From Candidatus Omnitrophota bacterium (GTDB taxonomy: Bacteria; Omnitrophota; Gorgyraeia; Zapsychrales; Fredricksoniimonadaceae), in contig JBAXRK010000003.1 of the NCBI GenBank assembly GCA_037131245.1, forward strand, positions 67,333 to 131,332: a stretch of 64,000 nt of DNA, written 5' to 3'. The notes under the pieces are model-generated. The model was not told the origin of the DNA and did no database searches. It saw nothing but the letters and a program-made list of their open reading frames with translations. Within the stretch, counting starts at the first letter, position 1; each line of letters starts with the position of its first letter. The translations under genes were made by a program, and so were the position numbers. This document shows, piece after piece, positions 26,035-35,586 of this stretch.

Positions 26035-26112
26035 GGCTTTTACCCTGAATTGTAAGTTCTTTTATTACAATAGTTTGCGTATATTTAGCTAGATTTTGTT
26101 TGATTTTCCGCT

Positions 26113-26173
26113 CCCCCTTTGTTATATTAAGCACTCTTTTCGTTGTGCTTAATATAATAAAGGGGGATTTTTT
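26113..26173 (+). promoter_or_regulatory. 22-bp-stem hairpin plus U-tract that abuts the purB start codon and sequesters its Shine-Dalgarno sequence
   Basis: CCCCCTTTGTTATATTAAGCAC (26113..26134) pairs with GTGCTTAATATAATAAAGGGGG (26145..26166) at 21 of 22 positions, with a 10-nt loop. Then ATTTTTT and ATG at 26174. Confidence 0.55.
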
Positions 26174-27469
26174 ATGATCGACCGTTACACGCTTTCCAAG
26201 ATGGGGCGCATCTGGTCCGAGCAACGCAAGCTTGAGATCATGCTTCAGATCGAGGTTTTGGCCTGCGAAGCCATGTGCCAGCTCGGCAAGATCCCTAAAC
26301 CCGCCCTTGAAAAAATAAAAAAGAATGCCAAGTTCGACCTCGATGAGGTCAAGCGCATCGAAGAGCGTACCAAGCATGACGTCGTGGCGTTCATCCATAA
26401 TGTCGGCGAGAATATCGGCGCGGAAGCCCAGTATCTTCACATGGGCATGACGTCGTCCGACCTGATCGACACCTCCATTTCAGTCCAGTGCGTTGAAGCG
26501 TCCGAGATCCTGATCGGTGACATGAAAAAGTTGCTGGCCATCCTCAAGGCCAAGGCCAAGAAGTACAAGGATACGGTTTGTATCGCGCGCACGCACGGCG
26601 TCCACGCCGAGCCGATGACGTTCGGGCTTAAAATGGCGCTTTGGTATGACGAAATGACCCGCAACCTCAAGCGCCTGGAGCTCGCCGCCGAAGATATGCG
26701 CGTGGGCAAACTTTCCGGCGCGGTCGGGACCTATGCCAATATCGATCCTTTTGTTGAAGAGTATGTTTGCCAGAAACTGAATCTAAGGCCCGCTAATATC
26801 GCGACCCAGGTCATTCAGCGTGACCATCACGCGAACTTCCTCAATGTGCTGGCTCTGGTCGGCGCTTCGCTCAATAAATTTGCCACCGAGATCCGCCTGC
26901 TCCAGAAGACCGAAGTGCTCGAGGTTGAAGAGCCTTTCTTCAAGGGGCAGATCGGTTCATCAGCGATGCCGCACAAGCGCAATCCCGTTACCTGTGAGCG
27001 CATTTGCGGGCTGGCGCGCATTCTTAAGGCGAACGCTTCCATCGGGCTGGATAATATCGCGCTCTGGCATGAACGCGATATCAGCCACAGTTCCGCCGAG
27101 CGCATCATCCTGCCGGATAGCACGATCGCGCTCGATTATATGCTCAACAAATTCATTCCGCTGATCGATGGCCTTCTGGTCTATCCGAAGAACATGATCA
27201 ATTCCTTGCAGATCACCCGCGGGCTGATCTATTCCCAGCGCTGCCTGCTCGAATTGATGAAGAAGGGCCTGCCGCGTACCGAAGCTTACGAGATCATTCA
27301 GAGCGCGGCCATGCAGGTCTGGCAGGAGACGTCGGATTTCCGTGATGTCCTCAATCGCGACCGTCGGGTGCGCAAGTACATGTCCAAGGAAGAGATCGAT
27401 GCCTGTTTCGATATCAAGTATTACATCAAGCATCGTGATTATGTGTTCAAGCGCGTAGGGATCAAATAA
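26174..27469 (+). CDS. purB: Adenylosuccinate lyase
   Basis: 431 aa. Motifs HDVVAF, signature SSAMPHKRNP and MIDRYT at the N-terminus. Confidence 0.9.
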   Translation: MIDRYTLSKMGRIWSEQRKLEIMLQIEVLACEAMCQLGKIPKPALEKIKKNAKFDLDEVKRIEERTKHDVVAFIHNVGENIGAEAQYLHMGMTSSDLIDTSISVQCVEASEILIGDMKKLLAILKAKAKKYKDTVCIARTHGVHAEPMTFGLKMALWYDEMTRNLKRLELAAEDMRVGKLSGAVGTYANIDPFVEEYVCQKLNLRPANIATQVIQRDHHANFLNVLALVGASLNKFATEIRLLQKTEVLEVEEPFFKGQIGSSAMPHKRNPVTCERICGLARILKANASIGLDNIALWHERDISHSSAERIILPDSTIALDYMLNKFIPLIDGLLVYPKNMINSLQITRGLIYSQRCLLELMKKGLPRTEAYEIIQSAAMQVWQETSDFRDVLNRDRRVRKYMSKEEIDACFDIKYYIKHRDYVFKRVGIK

Positions 27470-27484
27470 TAAGGAACGGTTTCT

Positions 27485-28192
27485 ATGGAAAAACGCGAGA
27501 AGCTTTACGAAGGCAAGGCCAAGGTTCTTTACGCGACGGATAATCCGGACATGGTCATCCAGTATTTCAAGGATGACGCGACCGCCGGGAATGGTAAGAA
27601 GAAGGGCACGATCGACGAAAAAGGCATCATGAATTGTGCCATTTCGGTGAGCATGTTCGAGTATCTGGCCGCCAACGGCATTCCGACGCATTTGGTCAAG
27701 AAGCTCAGCGATCGCGAGATGCTGGTCAAGAAGGTCAGCATCGTTCCCGTTGAGGTCATTATCCGCAATCGTGCGGCCGGTTCGCTGTGCCGCAATTATG
27801 GTGCGGTTGAAGGCAAGCATCTGGCGCGGCCGATCTTTGAGTTGTGCTACAAAGAGGACAAGTACAATGATCCGCTGATGAACGAGGACCATGTGATCGC
27901 CCTTGAACTGGCGACGGAGGCCGAAGTGCGCGAGATCAAGCGCCTGACGCTGGCTATTAACACGCTGATGCAGAAGTTCTTTCTGGCGCTGCAGATCGAG
28001 CTCATCGATTTCAAGCTGGAGTTTGGCCGTTACAAAGGCGAGATCATTCTCGCGGACGAGATATCACCGGATACCTGCCGCTTATGGGAAGTTGGCACGG
28101 GCGTCCGCCTCGATAAAGACCGCTTCCGCAACGACCTCGGAAATATCAAAGAAGGTTATCAGGAAGTCCTAAAGAGAGTTACCGGTAAATGA
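27485..28192 (+). CDS. purC: SAICAR synthetase
   Basis: LYEGKAK, VPVEVIIRN and LADEISPDTCRLW motifs. Confidence 0.9.
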   Translation: MEKREKLYEGKAKVLYATDNPDMVIQYFKDDATAGNGKKKGTIDEKGIMNCAISVSMFEYLAANGIPTHLVKKLSDREMLVKKVSIVPVEVIIRNRAAGSLCRNYGAVEGKHLARPIFELCYKEDKYNDPLMNEDHVIALELATEAEVREIKRLTLAINTLMQKFFLALQIELIDFKLEFGRYKGEIILADEISPDTCRLWEVGTGVRLDKDRFRNDLGNIKEGYQEVLKRVTGK

Positions 28193-31098
28193 TCTGGCGT
28201 ATTGAAATAAAAGAAAAACCCGGCGTATTTGACTCGGTCGGCGCCGGCGTCCGCCATGATATCCTTGACCTGGGCATTTCTTCCGTCAAGGATGTGCGCG
28301 CGGTACAGGTGTTCCTGCTGGAAGGCGATATTGACCGCAAAGGGGCAGAGCGTATCTGCCGCGAGCTTCTGGTTGACCTGGTGGTTCAGGATTATACGTT
28401 GTCTGATCGCCCGGCGAAAGCGGCGGCACGTAAGGGCATGAGCGAAGTTGAGATCGCTTATAATCCGGGTGTGATGGATCCGGTGGAGGCGTCCACTTTA
28501 AAAGGTATCCATGACCTTGGCATTAGCGGGGTCACGGCTGTCCGCACTGCCCGCAAGTATATTATAGAAGGCGCGCTTTCCCCAAAAGAGCTGGAAGTCA
28601 TCAAAGAAAAAGCGTTGATGAATAAAATCGTTCAGCATTCGGTGAAGCGGCCGGAGGATAGTTTTAAGTCGATGTTGGTGGGTGCTAAGGAACCCGCTTT
28701 AAATACGCCCGAGCCGCTTAAGGTCAAGATGCTTGGCTTGTCCGATAAAGCACTTGTCGAGTTAAGCAAGAAGGGCCAGTTGTATCTTAATCTTAACGAG
28801 ATGAAGGTGATCCAGAAGCATTTTGCCGGGCTCAAGCGTGAGCCGACGGATATTGAGCTCGAGACCCTCGCCCAGACCTGGAGCGAGCACTGCAATCATA
28901 AAACGTTCCGCGGGAATATTGCCTACACGGTCTCCGAAGGTAAGAAGTCCACGACCGAGGTCATTCAGAATTTATTAAAGCAGACGATCGTCAAGGCGAC
29001 GAACACGCTCAATAAATCGTGGTGTGTTTCTGTTTTTCACGATAATGCCGGTATCATCAAGTTTGACGAGAAATTCAATGTGTGTTTCAAGGTGGAGACG
29101 CACAATCATCCTTCAGCGCTGGAACCGTTCGGTGGTTCTAATACGGGTGTGGGCGGTGTTATCCGCGACATCCTGGGTACCGGCCTGGGCGCCAAGCCGA
29201 TCTGTAATACCGATATTTTTTGTTTTGCCCGTCCGGATTATGCGTTTGACAAATTACCCGTCGGGGCTTTGCACCCGAAGCGGGTGCTCAAAGGCGTGGT
29301 CAGCGGTGTGCGTGATTACGGCAATAAGATGGGGATCCCGACCGTCAACGGCGCGATCTGCTTTGACGACCGTTATGTCGGCAACCCGCTTGTTTTCTGC
29401 GGCACGGTCGGCATTATCCCGAAGAAAATGGAGCACAAGAAAGTTAAGAAGGACGATCTGATCGTGGTTTGCGGCGGCCGCACCGGGCGCGATGGTATTC
29501 ACGGCGCTACATTTTCTTCCGGCGACTTGACGCATGAGTCTGAGGTCGTTTCTTCCGGCGCGGTGCAGATCGGCAATCCTATTGAAGAAAAGAAAGTCCT
29601 GGATGTTCTGCTTAAAGCGCGCGATGAAGGGCTTTACAGCGCGATCACCGATTGCGGCGCGGGCGGCTTGTCGAGCGCGGTCGGTGAAATGGGAGCGGAG
29701 CTTGGCGCGCGCGTTGACCTGGAATTAGTGCCGCTGAAATATCAGGGGTTGAAATATCACGAGATCTGGATCTCGGAATCCCAGGAGCGGATGGTCATGT
29801 CGGTGCCGCCGAAGAATCTGGAGCGGTTCAAGCAGATCTTTGCCGCCGAGAATGTGGATTTTGCGGTGATCGGGACTTTTCCTGGAACCGGCCGGCTGGA
29901 ATTGTTCTATAACGGCGTGCGGATGGCAGATCTGAGCATGCATTTCATGCATGAAGGGACCCCGCGCATTACGAAGACCGCCGTTTGGTCCGCGCCGAAA
30001 CATAAAATGCCTGATTTCAAGTGTCCCGCCGATTTGACCCCGAAGCTCATGGAGGTCCTGGCGGATTTCAATGTTTGTTCTAAAGAAGCGGTCATCCGCC
30101 GTTATGACCATGAAGTTCAAGGCGGCAGCGTGATCAAGCCGATGGTGGGGCCGGCCTGTGACGGCCCGTCGGATGCCAGTGTCCTTCGCCCGCGTTTGGG
30201 AACGGACAAAGGCATTGCTGTATCCAACGGGATCAATCCCCGACTTGGCGCGCTTGATCCCTACTGGATGGCGGCGTCCGCGGTGGATGAGGCGATCCGC
30301 CAGATCATTGCGGTGGGCGGCAATCTTTCACAAGTCGCCCTGCTGGATAATTTTTGCTGGGGAAATCCCGACAAGCCGGACCGCCTGGGCGGGTTAGTGC
30401 GCGCCGCCAAGGGGTGTCATGACTTTGCGGTGGCTTACGGGACGCCGTTTATTTCCGGCAAAGACAGCTTCTATAATGAATATAACGATCAGGGCAAGTC
30501 GATTGCGATTCCCGGGACCATTCTGATCTCCGCGATCGGCATCATGAATGATGTCACGAAGTCGGTGACCATGGATCTTAAGAAAGCCGGTGGTTTGCTT
30601 TATGTGGTTGGTTCCACATACGATGAATGGGGCGGATCGGTGTACCTGGCGTCGCATGGCTTTATCGGCGGGCAGGTGCCGGTGGTGCGTTCCCGTGAGG
30701 CGTTGGCGGTCTATCATTCTTTGTCGAAAGCGACTGCTAAGGGGTTGGTCGCGTCAGCTCACGATTGCTCCGAGGGCGGGCTAGCCGTGGCAGTGGCCGA
30801 GATGGCTTTTGCCGGCGGCTTGGGCGCCGCGTTCCTCGCCAAGAGCGTGCCCTACGAGGGGCATAGCGACCGGGATGATATGGTGCTGTTCTCGGAATCC
30901 AATTCCCGTTTTGTCGTGGAAGTTTCACCGGAGAACAAAAAAGCTTTTGAAAGAACGATGAAGGACGTCCCTTGCAAGTTGGTTGGGCAGGTGCTGGCGG
31001 ACGAAGCTGTTTTCTATTACGGCTTGAAGGATAATCTGTGCCTGAAGGCGGATATTGGTGTGTTGAAGGCGGCGTGGCAGAAACCATTAAAATTTTAA
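28189..31098 (+). CDS. purL: FGAM synthase subunit PurL fused to two N-terminal PurS-like repeats (PurS-PurS-PurL)
   Basis: 969 aa. Residues ~1-75 (IEIKEKPGVFDSVGAGV...LVVQDY) and ~85-155 (VEIAYNPGVMDPVEAST...) each resemble PurS. The PurL core follows (WSEHCNHKTF, ETHNHPSALEPFGGSNTGVGGVIRD, VQIGNP). Confidence 0.85.
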   Translation: MIWRIEIKEKPGVFDSVGAGVRHDILDLGISSVKDVRAVQVFLLEGDIDRKGAERICRELLVDLVVQDYTLSDRPAKAAARKGMSEVEIAYNPGVMDPVEASTLKGIHDLGISGVTAVRTARKYIIEGALSPKELEVIKEKALMNKIVQHSVKRPEDSFKSMLVGAKEPALNTPEPLKVKMLGLSDKALVELSKKGQLYLNLNEMKVIQKHFAGLKREPTDIELETLAQTWSEHCNHKTFRGNIAYTVSEGKKSTTEVIQNLLKQTIVKATNTLNKSWCVSVFHDNAGIIKFDEKFNVCFKVETHNHPSALEPFGGSNTGVGGVIRDILGTGLGAKPICNTDIFCFARPDYAFDKLPVGALHPKRVLKGVVSGVRDYGNKMGIPTVNGAICFDDRYVGNPLVFCGTVGIIPKKMEHKKVKKDDLIVVCGGRTGRDGIHGATFSSGDLTHESEVVSSGAVQIGNPIEEKKVLDVLLKARDEGLYSAITDCGAGGLSSAVGEMGAELGARVDLELVPLKYQGLKYHEIWISESQERMVMSVPPKNLERFKQIFAAENVDFAVIGTFPGTGRLELFYNGVRMADLSMHFMHEGTPRITKTAVWSAPKHKMPDFKCPADLTPKLMEVLADFNVCSKEAVIRRYDHEVQGGSVIKPMVGPACDGPSDASVLRPRLGTDKGIAVSNGINPRLGALDPYWMAASAVDEAIRQIIAVGGNLSQVALLDNFCWGNPDKPDRLGGLVRAAKGCHDFAVAYGTPFISGKDSFYNEYNDQGKSIAIPGTILISAIGIMNDVTKSVTMDLKKAGGLLYVVGSTYDEWGGSVYLASHGFIGGQVPVVRSREALAVYHSLSKATAKGLVASAHDCSEGGLAVAVAEMAFAGGLGAAFLAKSVPYEGHSDRDDMVLFSESNSRFVVEVSPENKKAFERTMKDVPCKLVGQVLADEAVFYYGLKDNLCLKADIGVLKAAWQKPLKF

Positions 31099-31110
31099 GG
31101 GTGCCCTTTT

Positions 31111-31773
31111 ATGGCTAAAAAAGAACAGCAAGTGACAACGGATTTTTACGAAATGGACCAGTGGCGTATTTTTCGCATCATGGCTGAATTCGTGGAAGGG
31201 TTCGACCGTCTGCACGCTGTTGAGAACGCGGTGACGATCTTTGGCTCGGCTCGCCTTAAACCCAACCACAAGATGTACCAGTTGTGCGAACAAACGGCGA
31301 AGCTGTTGGTTGAGAACAAATACGCGGTCATTACCGGCGGCGGACCCGGCATCATGGAAGCGGGTAATCGTGGCGCGTTCCTGGCCAAGGGCGAGAGCAT
31401 CGGGCTTAATATTGAGCTTCCGTTCGAGCAGAAGCCGAATGCCTATATCCGGACGCTGGTTAATTTTCATTATTTCTTTTGCCGCAAGGTCATGTTCGTC
31501 AAATACGCCAAGGCGGTCGTGGTATTCCCCGGCGGCTTTGGCACGCTCGATGAGCTTTTCGAAAGCCTGACGCTGACCCAGACGGGCCGTATGCCTAAAG
31601 TGCCGGTCATCATGGTGGGCAGTTATTTTTGGAAGGGCCTGCAGGAATGGATGAAGGAACGGCTTCTGGGAGAGAAATGTATCGATGAGAATGACCTGTA
31701 TCTTTATCATATCGTCGATGAACCGGAAGAAGTGGTCAAGATCATCAAGGATTTCTATCGTAAGAAAAAGTAA
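31111..31773 (+). CDS. LOG-family (TIGR00730) nucleotide 5'-monophosphate nucleosidase / phosphoribohydrolase
   Basis: ITGGGPGIMEA and PGGFGTLDELFE (the LOG PGGxGTxxE motif), 220 aa. Confidence 0.8.
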   Translation: MAKKEQQVTTDFYEMDQWRIFRIMAEFVEGFDRLHAVENAVTIFGSARLKPNHKMYQLCEQTAKLLVENKYAVITGGGPGIMEAGNRGAFLAKGESIGLNIELPFEQKPNAYIRTLVNFHYFFCRKVMFVKYAKAVVVFPGGFGTLDELFESLTLTQTGRMPKVPVIMVGSYFWKGLQEWMKERLLGEKCIDENDLYLYHIVDEPEEVVKIIKDFYRKKK

Positions 31774-31775
31774 TC

Positions 31776-32576
31776 ATGGCTAATAAACCTCGAGTTCTAG
31801 TATTGCGCACCGCCGGAACGAATTGCAATGCGGAGACGGCTTTTGCTTTTGAGCAAAGCGGCGCCGAAGTCGACCAGGTGCATTTGCAGGAGCTTTTTGC
31901 CGGCCGTGTGGCGATGAAGGATTACCATATCATGGCGCTGCCGGGCGGGTTCAGTTACGGGGACGATATTGCCTCTGGGCGTATTTTTGCTAATGAGCTC
32001 CGTGTTAGATTGGGCAAGGATGTGGCTAAGTTCATCAGCGATAAGAAATTGATCATCGGCATTTGCAATGGATTTCAGATCTTGGTCAAGGCTGGTATTC
32101 TTCCCGGGCCGTTCGCGGTCGGTTCAAAGACCATTCAAACAGCGACCTTGTTCAATAACGATTCTGGTAAGTTTGAAGACCGCTGGGTGCATTTAAAGGT
32201 TGGGGGCAAGTGCGTTTGGACGAAAGACCTTCCGAAGAGTATTTTTATTCCTGTGGCGCACGGCGAGGGGAAATTCATTCCCGTGAATAAAAGCGTGATG
32301 GACGCGCTTAAGAAGAACGGGCAGATCGTTTTCTCCTATGTGAAGGTTGACGGCAGCAAACCGGAGTATCCGGATAATCCTAATGGCTCCACGGAAGATA
32401 TTGCCGGTATTACCGATCCGACCGGGCGTATCCTGGGGCTTATGCCGCATCCGGAGCGTCATTTCCTGGCGACCCAGCATCCTTTCTGGACAAGACTGGG
32501 AAAGAGACCCAAGTTTGGCGAGGGCGCCAAGGTGTTCCAGAACGGCGTCGATTACGTTAAAAAGAATTTGTTGTAA
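31776..32576 (+). CDS. purQ: FGAM synthase glutaminase subunit
   Basis: LPGGFSYGDD, the nucleophile region GICNGFQIL, and MPHPER. Confidence 0.9.
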   Translation: MANKPRVLVLRTAGTNCNAETAFAFEQSGAEVDQVHLQELFAGRVAMKDYHIMALPGGFSYGDDIASGRIFANELRVRLGKDVAKFISDKKLIIGICNGFQILVKAGILPGPFAVGSKTIQTATLFNNDSGKFEDRWVHLKVGGKCVWTKDLPKSIFIPVAHGEGKFIPVNKSVMDALKKNGQIVFSYVKVDGSKPEYPDNPNGSTEDIAGITDPTGRILGLMPHPERHFLATQHPFWTRLGKRPKFGEGAKVFQNGVDYVKKNLL

Positions 32577-32585
32577 TGAGGGCCG

Positions 32586-32831
32586 ATGGTCAAAAGCGCG
32601 CTTTGGTTCCTGGCGGGGTTTGCTACTGAGTTCATCCTGGCCTATGTATACGGGCCGGCTATTTCGAACTCTCCCCAGGCGCTGGCCTGGTTTGCGTCGA
32701 GAGTCACGGTTATTCTATTAGTTCTCGTTCCGGCCATTATTGGCATCTTGCTTTGGAAACAGAGCAAGGCTTACGCGGCGGGTGTTGCGGTTTCTTTCCT
32801 TCTTGTTCTATTTTTAATGGCTGGGATATAG
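32586..32831 (+). CDS. Small 3-TM membrane protein (hypothetical) embedded in the pur operon
   Basis: 81 aa with three hydrophobic segments. No recognisable motif. Coding status rests on ORF length and tight spacing. Confidence 0.4.
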   Translation: MVKSALWFLAGFATEFILAYVYGPAISNSPQALAWFASRVTVILLVLVPAIIGILLWKQSKAYAAGVAVSFLLVLFLMAGI

Positions 32832-32833
32832 TT

Positions 32834-33832
32834 ATGAGAACGTTAACGTATAAAGATAGTGGCGTCGATATTCAGAAGGCTGACGCGTTCGTTGGGGCGA
32901 TCAAGGGCCTGGTGAAGTCAACCCGTAATGCGGGCGTGATGGACCGGACGCGCGCGTTCGGTTCTTTGTACGCGCTGCCCAAAGGTTACAAAGAGCCGGT
33001 GTTGGTCTCTTCCACCGATGGCGTTGGCACCAAGCTGTTAATCGCCAATCATATCGGCAAGCACGATACGGTGGGGATCGATCTGGTCGCCATGAATGTT
33101 AACGATGTGCTTTGCGTGGGCGCCAAGCCATTGTTTTTCCTTGATTATGTAGCTTGTGGCAAGGTTGATAAGAAAGTTCTAGTTGATGTGATGAAAGGCG
33201 TGGCCGAGGGTTGCCGTCAGGCGGGTTGCGCGCTTATCGGCGGCGAGACCGCGGAAATGCCCGGGATGTATAAGCCTGAAGATTATGACCTCGCGGGTTT
33301 TACCGTGGGCGTGGTTGAGAAGAAGAAGATCATCGACGGCACGAAGATCAAGCCCGGCGATGTTGTTATCGCGCTGCCTTCGAGCGGCGTCCATTCCAAT
33401 GGTTATTCCATGGTGCGTAAGGTTTTCGGGCCGGCGGACCAGAAGAAATACGCGAAGCTCATTCTTGAACCCACGCGCATCTATGTAAAGAATATCCTGC
33501 CTTTGGTCGGTAAATTCGATATTCACGGCATGGCGCATAATACCGGCGGCGCTTTTTACGAGAAACTAACGAAATGCCTCCCGGACAATGCCGCGCTTGA
33601 GATCGCCAAGGGAACCTGGCCGATGCCGGAGATCTTTGAGCTGATCATGAAGAAAGCGGATATTGCCGAGCGTGAATTGTACCGGACATTTAATATGGGC
33701 GTCGGATTTATTGTGATCGTGAAGCCTGCCGAGGCGGCCAAAGTGCAGGCGGCTTTGCGTAAGACGAACATGCCTTCGTACATTATTGGTAAAGTCATTA
33801 AGCGCGGTAAGGAAAAGCTGGAACTGGTTTAA
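32834..33832 (+). CDS. purM: AIR synthetase
   Basis: MRTLTYKDSGVDI..., DGVGTKL and GGETAEMPG motifs. ATG 32834 is preferred to the extended track ORF. Confidence 0.9.
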   Translation: MRTLTYKDSGVDIQKADAFVGAIKGLVKSTRNAGVMDRTRAFGSLYALPKGYKEPVLVSSTDGVGTKLLIANHIGKHDTVGIDLVAMNVNDVLCVGAKPLFFLDYVACGKVDKKVLVDVMKGVAEGCRQAGCALIGGETAEMPGMYKPEDYDLAGFTVGVVEKKKIIDGTKIKPGDVVIALPSSGVHSNGYSMVRKVFGPADQKKYAKLILEPTRIYVKNILPLVGKFDIHGMAHNTGGAFYEKLTKCLPDNAALEIAKGTWPMPEIFELIMKKADIAERELYRTFNMGVGFIVIVKPAEAAKVQAALRKTNMPSYIIGKVIKRGKEKLELV

Positions 33833-33835
33833 ACA

Positions 33836-35104
33836 ATGAAGATCCTGGTGATCGGTTCAGGCGGTCGTGAACATACGCTGGTGTGGAAGATCCGCCAGAG
33901 TCCCCGTGTAACCAAAGTATTCTGCGCGCCGGGTAACGGCGGCATCGCGTCACTCGCCGAGTGCGTGAATATCAAGGCCGACGATGTGGCCTCCCTTCTG
34001 AAATTCGCTCAAGATAATAACATTGACCTGACCGTTGTTGGTCCCGAAGTGCCTTTGGTGCTTGGCATTGTCGATGCTTTCGAAAAGGCGGGCCTCAAGG
34101 CTTTCGGTCCGTCAAAAGCCGCGGCGCGCCTGGAGGGCAGCAAGGCTTACGCTAAAGACTTTATGACCCGTCATCATATTCCGACAGCGGCGTATGGTGC
34201 TTTTGATGATATTGTTTCCGCGACGGCCTTCCTTGATAAATGTGGCTTTCCTCTGGTGGTTAAAGCGGACGGGCTGGCGGCAGGTAAGGGCGTGATCATC
34301 TGCCAGAGTAAATCTGAGGCGGTGGATGCGCTTAAGAGCATCATGTCAGATAAGGTTTTCAAGGATGCCGGCAATCGGGTGGTCATTGAAGAGTTCCTCG
34401 TCGGCGAAGAGGCGTCCATTTTGGCAGTCGCTGACGGCAAAGATTTTATTATTCTCGAATCATCCCAGGACCATAAACGGATCTTTGATAATGACCTTGG
34501 GCCGAATACCGGCGGGATGGGGGCTTATTCGCCCGCGCCGGTCGTGACGCCTTTGCTCATGAAGCAGATCGCGGATACAGTGATCACGCCATCGATCGAT
34601 GGTATGCTTAAAGATGGCGCGCCGTTCAAGGGCATTTTGTATGCTGGCATTATGGTGACGGCGCAAGGGCCGAAGGTGCTGGAGTTCAATACGCGTTTTG
34701 GCGACCCCGAAACGCAGGCCGTGCTTCCCCGGCTCAAGAGTGATATTGTAGAGATGATGCTGGCATCCGTTATGGGCCGGCTGGCGGGGCTTAAGTTGGA
34801 GTGGGATAGCCGGGCGTGCGTTTGCGTGGTGATCGCGGCTGGCGGATATCCTGGTGACTATTCTACGGGAAAAGAGATCAAAGGTTTGGCGAACGTTCCT
34901 GGCGACGCCGTGGTGTTTCATGCCGGCACTAAAACGGCGGGCGGCAGCGTGGTGACTGCGGGTGGGCGGGTCCTTGGTGTGACGGCGCTTGGGTCCGGCA
35001 TTGCCCGGGCTATCGAGACGGCGTATAAAGCGGTGGCGGTAATTTCATTTGAGGGGATGCAGTTCAGGAAAGATATCGGGAAGAAGGCGTTACATCGAGG
35101 GTAA
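33836..35104 (+). CDS. purD: Phosphoribosylamine-glycine ligase
   Basis: MKILVIGSGGREH, ATP-grasp motifs and EFNTRFGDPE. Confidence 0.9.
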   Translation: MKILVIGSGGREHTLVWKIRQSPRVTKVFCAPGNGGIASLAECVNIKADDVASLLKFAQDNNIDLTVVGPEVPLVLGIVDAFEKAGLKAFGPSKAAARLEGSKAYAKDFMTRHHIPTAAYGAFDDIVSATAFLDKCGFPLVVKADGLAAGKGVIICQSKSEAVDALKSIMSDKVFKDAGNRVVIEEFLVGEEASILAVADGKDFIILESSQDHKRIFDNDLGPNTGGMGAYSPAPVVTPLLMKQIADTVITPSIDGMLKDGAPFKGILYAGIMVTAQGPKVLEFNTRFGDPETQAVLPRLKSDIVEMMLASVMGRLAGLKLEWDSRACVCVVIAAGGYPGDYSTGKEIKGLANVPGDAVVFHAGTKTAGGSVVTAGGRVLGVTALGSGIARAIETAYKAVAVISFEGMQFRKDIGKKALHRG

Positions 35105-35108
35105 GGCT

Positions 35109-35582
35109 ATGAATATTCAAGTCGCGTTGATGATGGGCAGCAAGAATGATATGCCGATAGTTGAAGAAGCGGTCAAGATGCTCGACGCGTTCGGTATCAG
35201 CAATGAGGTGAAAGTCCTTTCCGCTCACCGCACACCGAAACAGACGGCTGAGTATGCCGAGGGGTTGGCGGCGCGCGGCGTGAAAGTGGTTATTTGCGCG
35301 GCGGGCGGTTCGGCGGCTTTGGCGGGGACGGTCGCGGCGCACACGCAGATCCCGGTCATTGGCATTCCGCTTGAATCAATGGGTTTCAACGGGTTGGACG
35401 CGCTGTTGTCGACCATTCAGATGCCGCCGGGAGTCCCGGTGGCGGGAGTGGGCATCGGTAAGCCGGGTGCCAAGAACGCGGCGCTGATCGCGGTGCGCAT
35501 CATGGCCCTGTCGGATAAGAAGTTACTAAAGAAGCTTGAGGAATTTACCGCCGATCAGGCGGAAAAGATATTAAAGGGTTAA
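35109..35582 (+). CDS. purE: N5-CAIR mutase / AIR carboxylase catalytic subunit
   Basis: VALMMGSKNDMP, SAHRTP and PVIGIP motifs, 157 aa. No purK is present in the window. Confidence 0.85.
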   Translation: MNIQVALMMGSKNDMPIVEEAVKMLDAFGISNEVKVLSAHRTPKQTAEYAEGLAARGVKVVICAAGGSAALAGTVAAHTQIPVIGIPLESMGFNGLDALLSTIQMPPGVPVAGVGIGKPGAKNAALIAVRIMALSDKKLLKKLEEFTADQAEKILKG

Positions 35583-35586
35583 GAGC

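Noticed and set aside
26035-26112. A purine, ZTP or PRPP riboswitch aptamer, or a PurR box, upstream of purB. A GTTTGCGT half-site resembles the E. coli PUR box.
   Set aside because: The region is AT-rich and lacks the conserved aptamer cores. A single half-site is not evidence for PurR control. Only the downstream hairpin is reported.
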